From Acidobacteriota bacterium (GTDB lineage: Bacteria; Acidobacteriota; UBA890; WLXD01), in NCBI GenBank assembly GCA_965205505.1, contig CBDBHB010000007.1, forward strand, positions 544,001 to 608,000: DNA of 64,000 bases, given 5' to 3'. Below, in pieces: positions 39,500 to 48,945 of the stretch. Position numbers and translations under genes: made by a program. The first letter of the stretch is position 1. Every line of letters starts with the position of its first letter. A model generated the notes under the pieces. That model saw nothing but the letters and a program-made list of their open reading frames with translations, was not told the DNA's origin and did no database searches.

Positions 39500-39578
39500 C
39501 TACGGCTCCGTCGGCACGAGCCGCTTCAGCTCGTCGAACCAGTTGAGGATCACAACCTTATCGGGGGTCTTCTGGTCG
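39500..39578 (-). pseudogene. C-terminal tail of an acidobacterial-type Ser/Thr kinase/beta-propeller protein
   Basis: Reads 'VVILNWFDELKRLVPTEP*'. Confidence 0.55.
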
Positions 39579-39941
39579 GTCCGCCGGCTTCAACAACCTG
39601 TTGACTGCACCGATTCAACGAGTTACGAAGTGGCCCCAACAGCTGGGTCAGGTCAATACGGTTGGCCGATCGGAAGGAGGCTCATCATGACGCTGGGCAC
39701 TTCAGTACGCGGCCCGCTGCTGCCGCTTCTGGTGGTCTCGTTGGCCTTCTTCAGCTCTAACAGCACGACCACCCTACAGGGGAAACGACCAGCTGATCGT
39801 CTGGTGGATTCTGGGAGAGGACAGATAGGACACGTGGCCTCGGGCGCCGGAGCCTTCATTGGTCGTGGAGCATGACCCCATGCTCACGCGAGCGCGGTGG
39901 CGGGAGGCTGGTCGCGGTCGCCGGCCCGCCCAAGACGTCCA

Positions 39942-41222
39942 TCACTTGGCGACGCCGTACTCGATCGGATTGTACCCAGGGTCCGGGAACAGACCCCTGT
40001 AGTCGGTGTTTCCGAGCCGCTTTCCGATGATCTCGGTGATGATGTCCCGATAGTCGATCGTTACCTGCAGATCCTGCTCCTCGAACATATTCTTGCGCTC
40101 GAGGCCGGGCCATTCGGTGAGCACACGACCTCCCTTGATCGCGCTCCCCATCGCCATCATGAGGCCGCCGGCACCGTGGTCGGTTCCGGCGCTGCCGTTC
40201 TCGTGCGTATTGCGTCTGAACTCCGACATCACCATCGTGGTGACTGGTTGCCCCTTGCCCGCCGCCAGGTCTTCGTGGAACGCGGCAAGCCCCTCGGACA
40301 GCTGAGTCATCAAGTCGGCCATCCATCCCTCGAAGGGACCCTGCTTTTCATGCGTGTCCCAGCCGTCCAGATCGATCGAAATCGCCTCGACTCCGATCTC
40401 GGCCTTGATCAAGGCCGCCGTCGACTTCAGCGACTCGCCGAAAAAGTCGCTCGGATAGGCGGCGCCAGAGGCCGGCTGGTAGCTCTCGAAGTCGATCGTA
40501 TCGAGCAGCTCGATGGTCCGCACGGTGTTCTTGGCCTGGGTCCGTAGCGCGTCGCCGGCCGCCTCGTACATCGGCAGGTAGTAGTCATTGAGCGGATCAT
40601 CCCAGCCGAAGCCGTAACTGGCGAGGTCCCAGATGGGAAGGACCTTCGAGCCTCCCAGCAGCGTAACCGGGACGCCGCCGCCGATACCGACCGCTCGCAA
40701 AACGGCGTTGGCGGTCGTCGGCCCCGTTTGGGCCAGATGACGGCCCAGCCAGCCGCTGAACTCGCTGGCCCGCGGATCCTCCCGGCCGACCTCCATGAAT
40801 TTCATCGCGTCGAAGTGGGAGCGGTTGCCGTGCTTCATGCCGCAGGCGTGAACGATCAGCAGGTCCTTGCTCTCGAACACGTCGGTCAGCGGCCGCATCG
40901 CCGGCGGGAAACCGAACTGGTTATCGAGAGCCGTTGCCTTGTTCTTCTTGCCGCTGTCGGGCGGCGGAACGCTAAGCGTTGGCCGTAGCTTGTAGTAGTT
41001 GTCCTCCAGGAACGGAACGCAGATCGTCAGCGCGTCGACGCCGCCGCGAAGGAAGATCGACACCAGGACATCGCGCCCGCCTACGTAGCTGTCCGCCAGC
41101 GCGACGCGCGGTAGCCACTGAGGGATCACCGCGCTCGCCGCCACCCCGGTGGCGAGGCCGACGAACCGGCGGCGAGAAAGCTCGGAGTACTCGCTACATC
41201 CCTTGCACTCGTGTTGACTCAT
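39942..41222 (-). CDS. DUF1501 domain protein, Tat signal
   Basis: 'SRRRF'; 'IFLRGG.D.L', 'RSHFDA', 'GWLGR', 'GWDTH', 'SEF.R', 'GTDHG'. Confidence 0.88.
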   Translation of the reverse strand: MSQHECKGCSEYSELSRRRFVGLATGVAASAVIPQWLPRVALADSYVGGRDVLVSIFLRGGVDALTICVPFLEDNYYKLRPTLSVPPPDSGKKNKATALDNQFGFPPAMRPLTDVFESKDLLIVHACGMKHGNRSHFDAMKFMEVGREDPRASEFSGWLGRHLAQTGPTTANAVLRAVGIGGGVPVTLLGGSKVLPIWDLASYGFGWDDPLNDYYLPMYEAAGDALRTQAKNTVRTIELLDTIDFESYQPASGAAYPSDFFGESLKSTAALIKAEIGVEAISIDLDGWDTHEKQGPFEGWMADLMTQLSEGLAAFHEDLAAGKGQPVTTMVMSEFRRNTHENGSAGTDHGAGGLMMAMGSAIKGGRVLTEWPGLERKNMFEEQDLQVTIDYRDIITEIIGKRLGNTDYRGLFPDPGYNPIEYGVAK

Positions 41223-41304
41223 CGGCTCCTCCACGGGCGTCTCGCGCCGCCGAACGCACGACGGCCCGCCGTTGACTCCACGACGCGCTCCTCTATAGCC
41301 GAGC

Positions 41305-42711
41305 TCAGTACCACTGGAACTCCGGTGAGCTGATAACCAGGTTCATAACCTGCCTGACCCGCCAGTCGCCCGTGTGCGGGTTTGCCGACATGTAGTCCAG
41401 GATCACGTTCCTGGTCTCGGGTGACATGCCGCCGGCCAGGAACTGCTGGTCGATCTGGTCGACCAGCTCCGCGTCCGACGCGGGCGGATTCGCGAGAAAC
41501 GGAAGGTCTGGGTCGATGCCGTTGTTCCAGTCGCCGATCACTCCCTGCGCGAAGTTCCACCGATTCAGGAGCGACCCCGACCAGTATTCGAAAGTGTCCG
41601 GATAGCCGTCGGGTGTGTCCCAGTCAAAGAGCCCGTGGCGAAGCTCCCCCGGCACCCACATCAGCCATTTACCCGGATCGACGTCCGCCTCCATGGCCCG
41701 GACCGTCGAGACGATCAGGTGGTACGGACGCTTGAGCTTCGGCGTCGCCTTTCGCATCAGATTCTTCGACAGAACGACCCGGAGCATGGCGCGGATGTCG
41801 CCGCCGGTCTGAAGGTAGGCCCGCTTCACCTTTCTGACCATCGAACGGCCGGGCTCGTAACCCCAGAAGTAACGCAACAGCTTGCGGGCGATGAACTCCG
41901 CCGTGTTGGGGTGCTCGGCGAGCCTCGTAAGAACTGCCTCGCCGTCGCTGATCCCTCCGCCGGCCGGGATTCTTCTGCCGAGCACCACCTTGGCGTCGTA
42001 GTCGTGGGCGCCCGCCTCGAACACGAAGTCCCCCCGGCGGTTCTTCGGGTTTCCGTACAAGTCGAAGAGCGTCCATCCCGTCAGGCACCCGGCGACCTCC
42101 ACGATGTCGTTTTGCGTGTAGCCGTTGTCGACACCGAGGGTGTGGAGCTCGAGAATCTCGCGGGCGTAGTTCTCCTGCGGGAACTCCTTGGTGTTGGAGT
42201 AGTTGTCGAGGTAGAAGAGCATCGCTGGGCTGTAGGCGCTGGCGCGCAGCAGCTCCGGGAACGTGCCCATGGCATGGCGCCGGATGACGTCGCGGTCGTC
42301 GCTCGGCTTCATCAGCAGGGTGTCGTCGCCGATGTCGATATTGAAATGGTCCGACCAGAAGATGACCATGCGCTCGAAGAGCTACCGGGGGCTGGAGATC
42401 GAACGCAGCATCGTGGCGATCACGAGATGGTCGTGCGCTTTGCTGTAAGGGTCCCTCCTGTATCGCTGCAGCAGCTCCGCCGTCGTCAACGATGTGGCGG
42501 GATAGTCTCTGGCCACCCGGCGCTCGAGCACGCTGTCGTCGAGCGACTCGAAGTCGAGCTGCTCCTCCAGGTACGCGTCGTAGCCAATGGCGTTGACCCG
42601 AGCCAGCTCGCCGGGCGTTGCGCCCATCGTGATGCGCTGCACGAGGCGCTGGTTCACTGGAATGGCTGCTGCGGCAGCGATCCGACGACGCTGCATGCCC
42701 ACCTCCGCCAT
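41305..42711 (-). pseudogene. DUF1800 domain protein with in-frame TAG at 42382-42384
   Basis: 'SPR*LFERMVIFWSDHF' (expected R-Q-L), 'PAMLFYLDN', 'ENYAREILELHTLGV', 'SPEFQ'; start approximate. Confidence 0.85.
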
Positions 42712-42865
42712 ACCGAGCCCTAGCCGGCGCGCTCGGTAGATAACCGCACCACCGATGCGACCGCCGCCATGGCGTCGGTTCGTGTGCGTCAGACCGGGCA
42801 CTCCAACGTCTGCATAAAGCTAGCACAAGGAGAAACGCATTCCCTAGCCTGAACTTCCGCCCCCG

Positions 42866-43280
42866 TCATCGTCGCTTCGCCCCCTCCAGGACCCACCGAT
42901 CGAACAGGGCGAGAACACCGTCGCTCAGTGGCGGGGCGCCCTGGGGCATACGGGCTCCGGTGATCCCTTCCCCTTTGAGCTTGCGGATCAGATAGCTGTT
43001 GGCCGGGTCCCTTGGCTCGATGCGGTTGAGCTGCACCATCTGAGTGCTGCGGACTCGAACGATGTTCGCGTAGGCCGAGCCGGCGCTGAGGTTGAGAAGG
43101 GCCTCAGGCGCCACACTGCTATGGCATCCGGCCCGATCGCAGGAGGTACTGAAGACGGGTTTGATGTGGTTCTCGAAGCTGATCACCTCGGGGTTCACCA
43201 GCCTCAACGCGCGCCCCCCGGTCGCGATGCTGGCCGTCGGGGGCGACGATGCGCAGGGATACCGACCGTGGCTCACCCTC
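42866..43280 (-). pseudogene. 3' fragment of a cytochrome c-like (CxxxxCH) domain gene
   Basis: 'SF..HI.PVF..SC..AGCH', 'P.DP.NSYL..KL', 'RMP.G.PPL', 'WV.EGA'; no proper start. Confidence 0.55.
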
Positions 43281-43913
43281 GTCCTGGATGCTGTGCGCGA
43301 ATGGCGGCAGCAGACTGCACTCCAGTAGCAACGCGCGTATCTCCGGATGATGCGCAACGAGCCCACTCGCGACAGACACGACCTCTGACTCCATGCGAGC
43401 GACATTCAGGTCGTGCTGATCGCGGAAGACAACCTCTTCGAAGTGAGGACATCCCTCTAGCCCCGCTACAACGACGCTATCGGGATCAACTCCAGCACTT
43501 TGAAGGTGCCTCGACGTGAGATGTCGCGCGTCAGCCGTCATGATGCCGACCCGGTGACCGGACTTCAGCATACGGGCGATAAGAGGCACGAGTAGGAGGC
43601 TCGAAGCGAAGACTGGAACATCAACCGCCTCGGCCAGCTGGTCCTGGAACACAGCCGTGAATCCACAGCTGGTGGTAATCGCGCGGACTCCAGCTTCCTC
43701 GAGGCTCCGCGCTCCATCGATCCAGGGACCGATGACGTCGTTTGTCTCGCGGACGACACGCTCGCCGGTCGCACCAGGCACAACGTAGTGCAAGACCGGG
43801 AATGGGAAGGTTGTTGCGTTTCCGAGCGCTCCCGGCAAACGAGGAAAATGGCCCTCGATGACGAGAATACCAATCGTATGACCGTACAGGCTCGTCGTAC
43901 CGTGTACCTTCAT
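43281..43913 (-). pseudogene. Aspartate/glutamate racemase family protein, C-terminally truncated
   Basis: 'IGIL...FPR.PG..GNA.TFPFPV', 'AITTSCGF', 'LLECS.LPPFA..IQ' then unrelated sequence. Confidence 0.75.
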
Positions 43914-44506
43914 CTGGTACCTCGTCCGTCGCGAGAATCTTGGCCTGCGGCGAGCCACGCGACGTTGTTGTTCCTCGACGCCGAGGCATTCTCCTACGCC
44001 ATTTGTCTCCCGGCCAACGCCATGTTAGCCCGCAACAGGCCAACATCTCCGGTCGCTCCTGACTTTCACTCAGTGGAACCAGGCGCGGAGAGCCGGTTCC
44101 GCGCCTGTGAGCTGACGACGGTAAGTCGGCGAGTCTCTAGGAATGCTCGTGGCAATAACAGCGTAAGGATCGCGGCGACTCGAATCAGCGAAGGTATTGG
44201 TGCGCCTTGCATACGCCGCAGCCTAACTTCAGGCGCCCGGATCGGACAACTCCGCGACTTGAGTCGGCAAGCGATCAACACGCTCCTCCGCGCAAGTTGG
44301 CTCCATCAAGCGCCGGGAAACCGACATGGAATGCACCCATGCCGACTACCTCGCCTGATACCTACCGCCGACCGCTGATTCGAGATAAGGATCCCTGGAA
44401 AATACAATGCGCGTGTGATTGGATCACACCGTCTCCGCCTCGCTGAGGGAAGTATCGACTCGGAGGTGGCTATCTCGTCACATGGGCAGTCCGCAGAGGC
44501 GAGCCT

Positions 44507-45247
44507 ATGCACCCCGAACGGCTGGGCGACTTCAAGGTCCTGACATTCGACTGTTACGGGACGCTCATTGACTGGGAGACGGGAATCCTCAATGAGCTGA
44601 AGCCGTGGGCTGCTCGACACGGTCTGACTCTGGACGACGACACGCTGTTGGAGGCCTTCGCCGAGGAGGAGGCGGCGTGCGAGAGGACCACGCCAGAGAA
44701 GCTCTATCCTCAGATCCTCGCGGCGGTGCTCGGGCGGCTCGCGAAACGGTGGTCCGTAGCGCTCGACGAGGGGGAGGCCCCGGAGTTCGGAGGGTCCGTG
44801 GGCGCGTGGCCGGCGTTCGCCGACAGTCCGAAGGCTCTCGTGTACCTCCAGAAGCACTACAGCCTGGTCATCCTCTCCAACGTCGACCGCCGTTCCTTTG
44901 CGCTGAGCGAGTCGCGGCTGGGGATCAATTTCAAGCGAGTGATCACTGCAGAGCACGTCGGTTCCTACAAACCTGACGTGCGGAACTTCGAGTACATGCT
45001 GAAGGATCTGGAGCGGACGCTGGGGGCTGGACCTGAGGTGATCCTGCATACGGCACAGAGCCTCTTCCACGACATCGTCCCCGCGAAGGCCATGGGATTG
45101 ACGACGATGTGGATCAATCGCCGTAAGGCATCCGACAGATGGGGTGCCACACCGCCGCCGCCGGTCGAAGGTACGGGCGCAGCGCCGGATCTCGAGGTAG
45201 CGGGCATGGCGGAGTTCGTCTCGCTTCACCAGGCAGTCGTCGGGTGA
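44507..45247 (+). CDS. HAD-superfamily hydrolase (haloacid dehalogenase type II-like)
   Basis: 'LTFDCYGTLIDWE', 'LSNVD', 'GSYKPD', 'HTAQSLFHD'. Confidence 0.9.
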   Translation: MHPERLGDFKVLTFDCYGTLIDWETGILNELKPWAARHGLTLDDDTLLEAFAEEEAACERTTPEKLYPQILAAVLGRLAKRWSVALDEGEAPEFGGSVGAWPAFADSPKALVYLQKHYSLVILSNVDRRSFALSESRLGINFKRVITAEHVGSYKPDVRNFEYMLKDLERTLGAGPEVILHTAQSLFHDIVPAKAMGLTTMWINRRKASDRWGATPPPPVEGTGAAPDLEVAGMAEFVSLHQAVVG

Positions 45248-45353
45248 TCGTGGGGCCCGCGCCGGCCTTCGGACCGGCCCCTGGGCACAGGGACCATTGG
45301 CGGCCCGGTGAAAGCTCCCGGTTTCTGCCACACCCGTGCACTAGGAAACACAG

Positions 45354-47330
45354 ATGAACGACAGCGATCGCGCGTTGGGAATGCACCGACCCATCAAGCG
45401 TCGAGACTTCGTCGCCGGGGTCAGCGCGGTGATCGGTGGAACCATGGCCATCCCGGGAATCACCCGGCCCGCGGCTCCGATGTCGCTTCAAGTCAGATCA
45501 GTCAACGCCCAGAGCTACCCGCCTCTCCGTACAGGGATGCGCGGTGCCCACCCGGGGTCCTTCGAGGCGGCGCACAGGACACGCGACGGGGCCAACTGGG
45601 AAGGATCGGAACCCGTTGACGAAAGTTACGACGCCATCGTCGTCGGAGGTGGTCTCAGCGGTCTGGCTGCGGCGTACTTCTATCGTCAGATGGCAGGCCC
45701 GGAAGCTCGGATCCTGATCCTCGACAATCACGATGACTTCGGTGGCCACGCCAGGCGAAACGAGTTCGAGACGGATGCCGGGACGCTGATCTCGAACGGG
45801 GGGTCGTCCTACATGGTTCGGCCCGTGACCTACTCGGCGCCTGTCATGGCCATGCTCCGCGATATTGGTGTCGAGCTCGACGAGCCAACGAACGTAGCGG
45901 ATTCAAGCGCGTTCCGCAGCCGGGGGATGGTGCGAGGGACGTTCTTCGACCGCGAGACCTTTGGAGAGGACCGGCTGGTCACAGGAGGCAGACTTTCGCA
46001 GCCGACGCGGGAGTTCCTCGACCGGACGCCCTTGTCGGAGCACGTCCGGACGGACATTCGTCGACTTCATGCCGGGGCGGACTACCTCGCCGGCATGTCG
46101 GTGGTGGAGAAGGAAGCCTATCTGCAGCGGATCAGCTATCGAGATTATCTGCTTGACGTCGCGAAGGTCCATCCCGACGTGCTTCCCCTGGTCGGGAGCG
46201 TCTGGGCGCTTTCGCAGGACACGGCGAGCGCCTGGTTCGCCTTCTATCGCGGTGGCATGGGCTTCGAGGGCCTCGACCTGACGCGCCCGCCCTTCTCTCC
46301 GGAGCGGTCCGAGGAGGGGCACGAATCAGTGAGCTTCCCCGCCGGCAACTCCGACATCGCGCGGCTCATCGTTCGCTCTCTGATTCCGGCCGCCCTTCCG
46401 GCGGGGCGAATGGCGGACGTCATCCTGGATCGCGTTGACTATACGAAGCTCGACGACCCGCGCTCACCGGTGCGGATCCGGCTGAACAGCACCGCTGTTC
46501 AGGTCAAGCATCTGGGCGAGACCCCCGTCGGCCGCCTGCGCACGGACGATCGGGAGACCGAGGTTACCTACGTTCGGGAGGACAGGCTGTATCGGGTTGG
46601 CTCGAAGGGGGCGATTCTCGCCTGCGACAACTCGGTGATCCCGTACATCTGTCCGGAGTTACCCGAGGATCAGCGGGAAGCACTCCTCCTCGCGGACCGG
46701 GCGGTAAACATGATGACAACGGTCTTGGTTCGGACCTGGACGTCGTTCGAACGGCTAGGCATCAGCGGAGTGGACAGCCCGGGGATGTTTTACAACACCT
46801 TCAATCTCCGTACGCCGAGACACTTCGGCACATACCGGCCGGAACTCGACCCTGTGGACCCCGCCCTGGTCGGATTGCAGAGCCCGTCCGGCGTTCTGCA
46901 CCACCGAACCATGGTTCGGGAGCTGTTCGACGGCAATCCACCCGCACCCGGCACTCCGCTCCGGGAGCAACTTGCGGCGCTTCGGACCCGCGTGTTGAGA
47001 ACCCCGTTCGAGGACTTCGAGCGTCGGATCCGGGCGCAGCTTGCGCGAGTCCTTTCGCCCGGTGGCTTTGATCCCGCACGCGACATCGAGAGCATCACGA
47101 TCAACCGCTGGCCGCACGGGTTCGCGATGGGAACCAACGCTCTGTTCGATCCCGCCGAGTGGACGGGCGAGAACCACCCCACGGTCGCGGGTCACAAGCC
47201 CTTCGGGAGGATCACCATCGCGAACTCTGATGCAGCTGGCCTAAGCCTCGCGCAGGCGGCAATGGGCGAGGGTTATCGTGCTGCGACCGAATTGGTACCT
47301 CGGAACTACGGGTACTTCAGCGAAATCTGA
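45354..47330 (+). CDS. Spermidine dehydrogenase-like FAD oxidoreductase, Tat signal
   Basis: 'LGMHRPIKRRDF', 'YPP.RTGMRG.HPGSFE.AH', 'LDNHDDFGGHARRNEF', 'INRWPHG'; paralog of 37047-38963. Confidence 0.82.
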   Translation: MNDSDRALGMHRPIKRRDFVAGVSAVIGGTMAIPGITRPAAPMSLQVRSVNAQSYPPLRTGMRGAHPGSFEAAHRTRDGANWEGSEPVDESYDAIVVGGGLSGLAAAYFYRQMAGPEARILILDNHDDFGGHARRNEFETDAGTLISNGGSSYMVRPVTYSAPVMAMLRDIGVELDEPTNVADSSAFRSRGMVRGTFFDRETFGEDRLVTGGRLSQPTREFLDRTPLSEHVRTDIRRLHAGADYLAGMSVVEKEAYLQRISYRDYLLDVAKVHPDVLPLVGSVWALSQDTASAWFAFYRGGMGFEGLDLTRPPFSPERSEEGHESVSFPAGNSDIARLIVRSLIPAALPAGRMADVILDRVDYTKLDDPRSPVRIRLNSTAVQVKHLGETPVGRLRTDDRETEVTYVREDRLYRVGSKGAILACDNSVIPYICPELPEDQREALLLADRAVNMMTTVLVRTWTSFERLGISGVDSPGMFYNTFNLRTPRHFGTYRPELDPVDPALVGLQSPSGVLHHRTMVRELFDGNPPAPGTPLREQLAALRTRVLRTPFEDFERRIRAQLARVLSPGGFDPARDIESITINRWPHGFAMGTNALFDPAEWTGENHPTVAGHKPFGRITIANSDAAGLSLAQAAMGEGYRAATELVPRNYGYFSEI

Positions 47331-47511
47331 CTGATTGGCTCCGCATGTACCCTTGTCCGGTCATCGATCACGCCACCGCTTTAGGGTTCCTCCGATATCG
47401 GACAGACCGCGGATTCGTGCTTACGTGGGCTCGTTGCGACTGGCCGAAGCGAATCGCGAGTGATCACCTCGTGCGGATGGAGCCCGCTACCTACCCCAGA
47501 CGTGGGCGGAC

Positions 47512-47773
47512 TTCTTGCTAAACTCCGGGCACAATCCGGGCACAGTCCGAAACCGCCCGTTCGTAAGTGCCCATGAATAAAGGGAGCGCCCGTAGCTCAG
47601 CTGGATAGAGCAGCGGACTTCTAAGTTTCCGCCCCGTTTTTGGACAGAGCTGTATCGGGCTGGATTCCTTTGGAATCAACGGCGGTTACGCAGATTCCTT
47701 TCCAGCTAGATATATCTAGGGATATACAGAATCCGGCGCTGTTTGGAAGAGAATCTGCAAGGATTGTGCAAGC
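47512..47773 (+). repeat. att-like junction C: left arm, tRNA-Arg 5' half (47586-47624), right arm
   Basis: Half identical to junction B half; GGGCACA-atcc-GGGCACA on the left; TGCAAG at 11-bp period at the right end. Confidence 0.92.
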
Positions 47774-47879
47774 AGGCCGAGACCACGATCGGAGTTCGGG
47801 TTCGCGAATCTCGGGATCCGGATCCAGAGCGCTCGGCCGGTCGGGCCAGTCGGTCCGTGATATAGAACTCGAGCAGAAG

Positions 47880-48536
47880 CTAGGTTGCCGCAGGGCTGCT
47901 GAGCACGTAGTAGATAACCAGAGCGACGATCCCAACAAAGCCGGCCCAAAGCGATTTTCGCAAGGCCGCGTACTTCCTCTGGCACACGCCGGCGAGCTCG
48001 TGGACGTGACGGAGTGTTTCACCCACGAGCTCCGCTTCGGCGAGCCCTACTACATGGTCTGAGTACTCGGCTGCTGAACCATACTCTGAGACCGCATCGA
48101 AAAAGAGGGCCCCTCGCTTTGATCCTTGCTGTCGCGGAACCACAACCCAAAGTGATAGCAAGACGGAAACGCTGATGCAGACGCTAGCTACGACACTCCA
48201 ACCGTCGGCAAAAGCCCATGTGCGCGGGTCCCGCATGGACCCGCTGATGGGAGAGAGTGTGTGCAGATACGACAGGAGCGCGATTCCAATAGCGAAAATA
48301 AAGCCTGCCTTGCGATCAGCAAGGCGGATGAAGTCACGAACGTACGCGTGAGCATGCCAAGCGAACCGCGCGGTGTCGTCCCGAATCACCCCAGCAGTGC
48401 CGGCGAACGCCCCCACATCGCTTTCCCGAGGTACAGCTGGTTCGGTCAGTGGGAGCGCTTTGTCATGAAGCTCGGTGGGTGTCTCGATCGCCGTCGGTTC
48501 GTTCTTTCTTCTCTGATGGTCGTTTCGATCAGACAT
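47880..48536 (-). CDS. pycTM: Pycsar-type transmembrane effector (PycTM / DUF5706-like)
   Basis: 'IR.AD.KA', TM segments, 'V.PR....G.LFF..V', 'LA.VC.RKY..L'; 2 bp downstream of a class III cyclase. Confidence 0.75.
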   Translation of the reverse strand: MSDRNDHQRRKNEPTAIETPTELHDKALPLTEPAVPRESDVGAFAGTAGVIRDDTARFAWHAHAYVRDFIRLADRKAGFIFAIGIALLSYLHTLSPISGSMRDPRTWAFADGWSVVASVCISVSVLLSLWVVVPRQQGSKRGALFFDAVSEYGSAAEYSDHVVGLAEAELVGETLRHVHELAGVCQRKYAALRKSLWAGFVGIVALVIYYVLSSPAAT

Positions 48537-48538
48537 CT

Positions 48539-48945
48539 CTAGATGAGCCTAGCCCAGCGCCCGTCATAGCGGTACAGGGGATAGCTGAGCCCAGAAAGCC
48601 GGTAAGTCCAGCCGGTCTCCAGGGGTAAACGAGTCGCGAATGCCCGGCTCCAGTCTTGTGGAAGCTCGAGCGTTGCTTTCTCACCGAGCACGATGTCACC
48701 CGGCTTAGCGTGCTTGAGCATCTTGGAAGCGAAGTTGGCGGCGTCCCCCACAGCGACGACCGCGTTGAAGCGCCTTGCGGCACCCAAGCGGGCGAGAGTT
48801 ACGAAGCCGTGATCAATGGAAATCCTGAACCGTATTTCTGGGACAGCGGCTCTCCGAAGTACGGGGTTAACCAGATGTTCTGTCGCGGCCATCATCGTCA
48901 ACGCCGCGGCCAGGGAGCGATGCGACCCACCTGCGGGCGGGCTGC
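48539..48945 (-). pseudogene. pycC: Class III nucleotide cyclase (PycC-like), 5' part removed at IS3 end
   Basis: 'FRISIDHG', 'VGDAANFASKM', 'YPLYRYDGRW'; abuts the IS inverted repeat at 48946. Confidence 0.72.

Larger units (their letters stand above)
39316..47624. mobile_element. Putative integrase-less island/cassette between junctions B and C
   Basis: Bounded by tRNA 5'-half repeats with arms; cargo only. Confidence 0.62.

Noticed and set aside
5440-42384. Stop-codon recoding to explain the in-frame TAA (5440) and TAG (42382)
   Set aside because: Two different codons are involved, both are used as normal stops elsewhere in the window, and no suppressor or pyrrolysine machinery is visible; point mutation or error is simpler.
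28047-47624. Calling the three tRNA-like repeats functional tRNA genes
   Set aside because: They lack the T arm (no GGTTCGAA) and a canonical anticodon stem-loop; they are better explained as att remnants.
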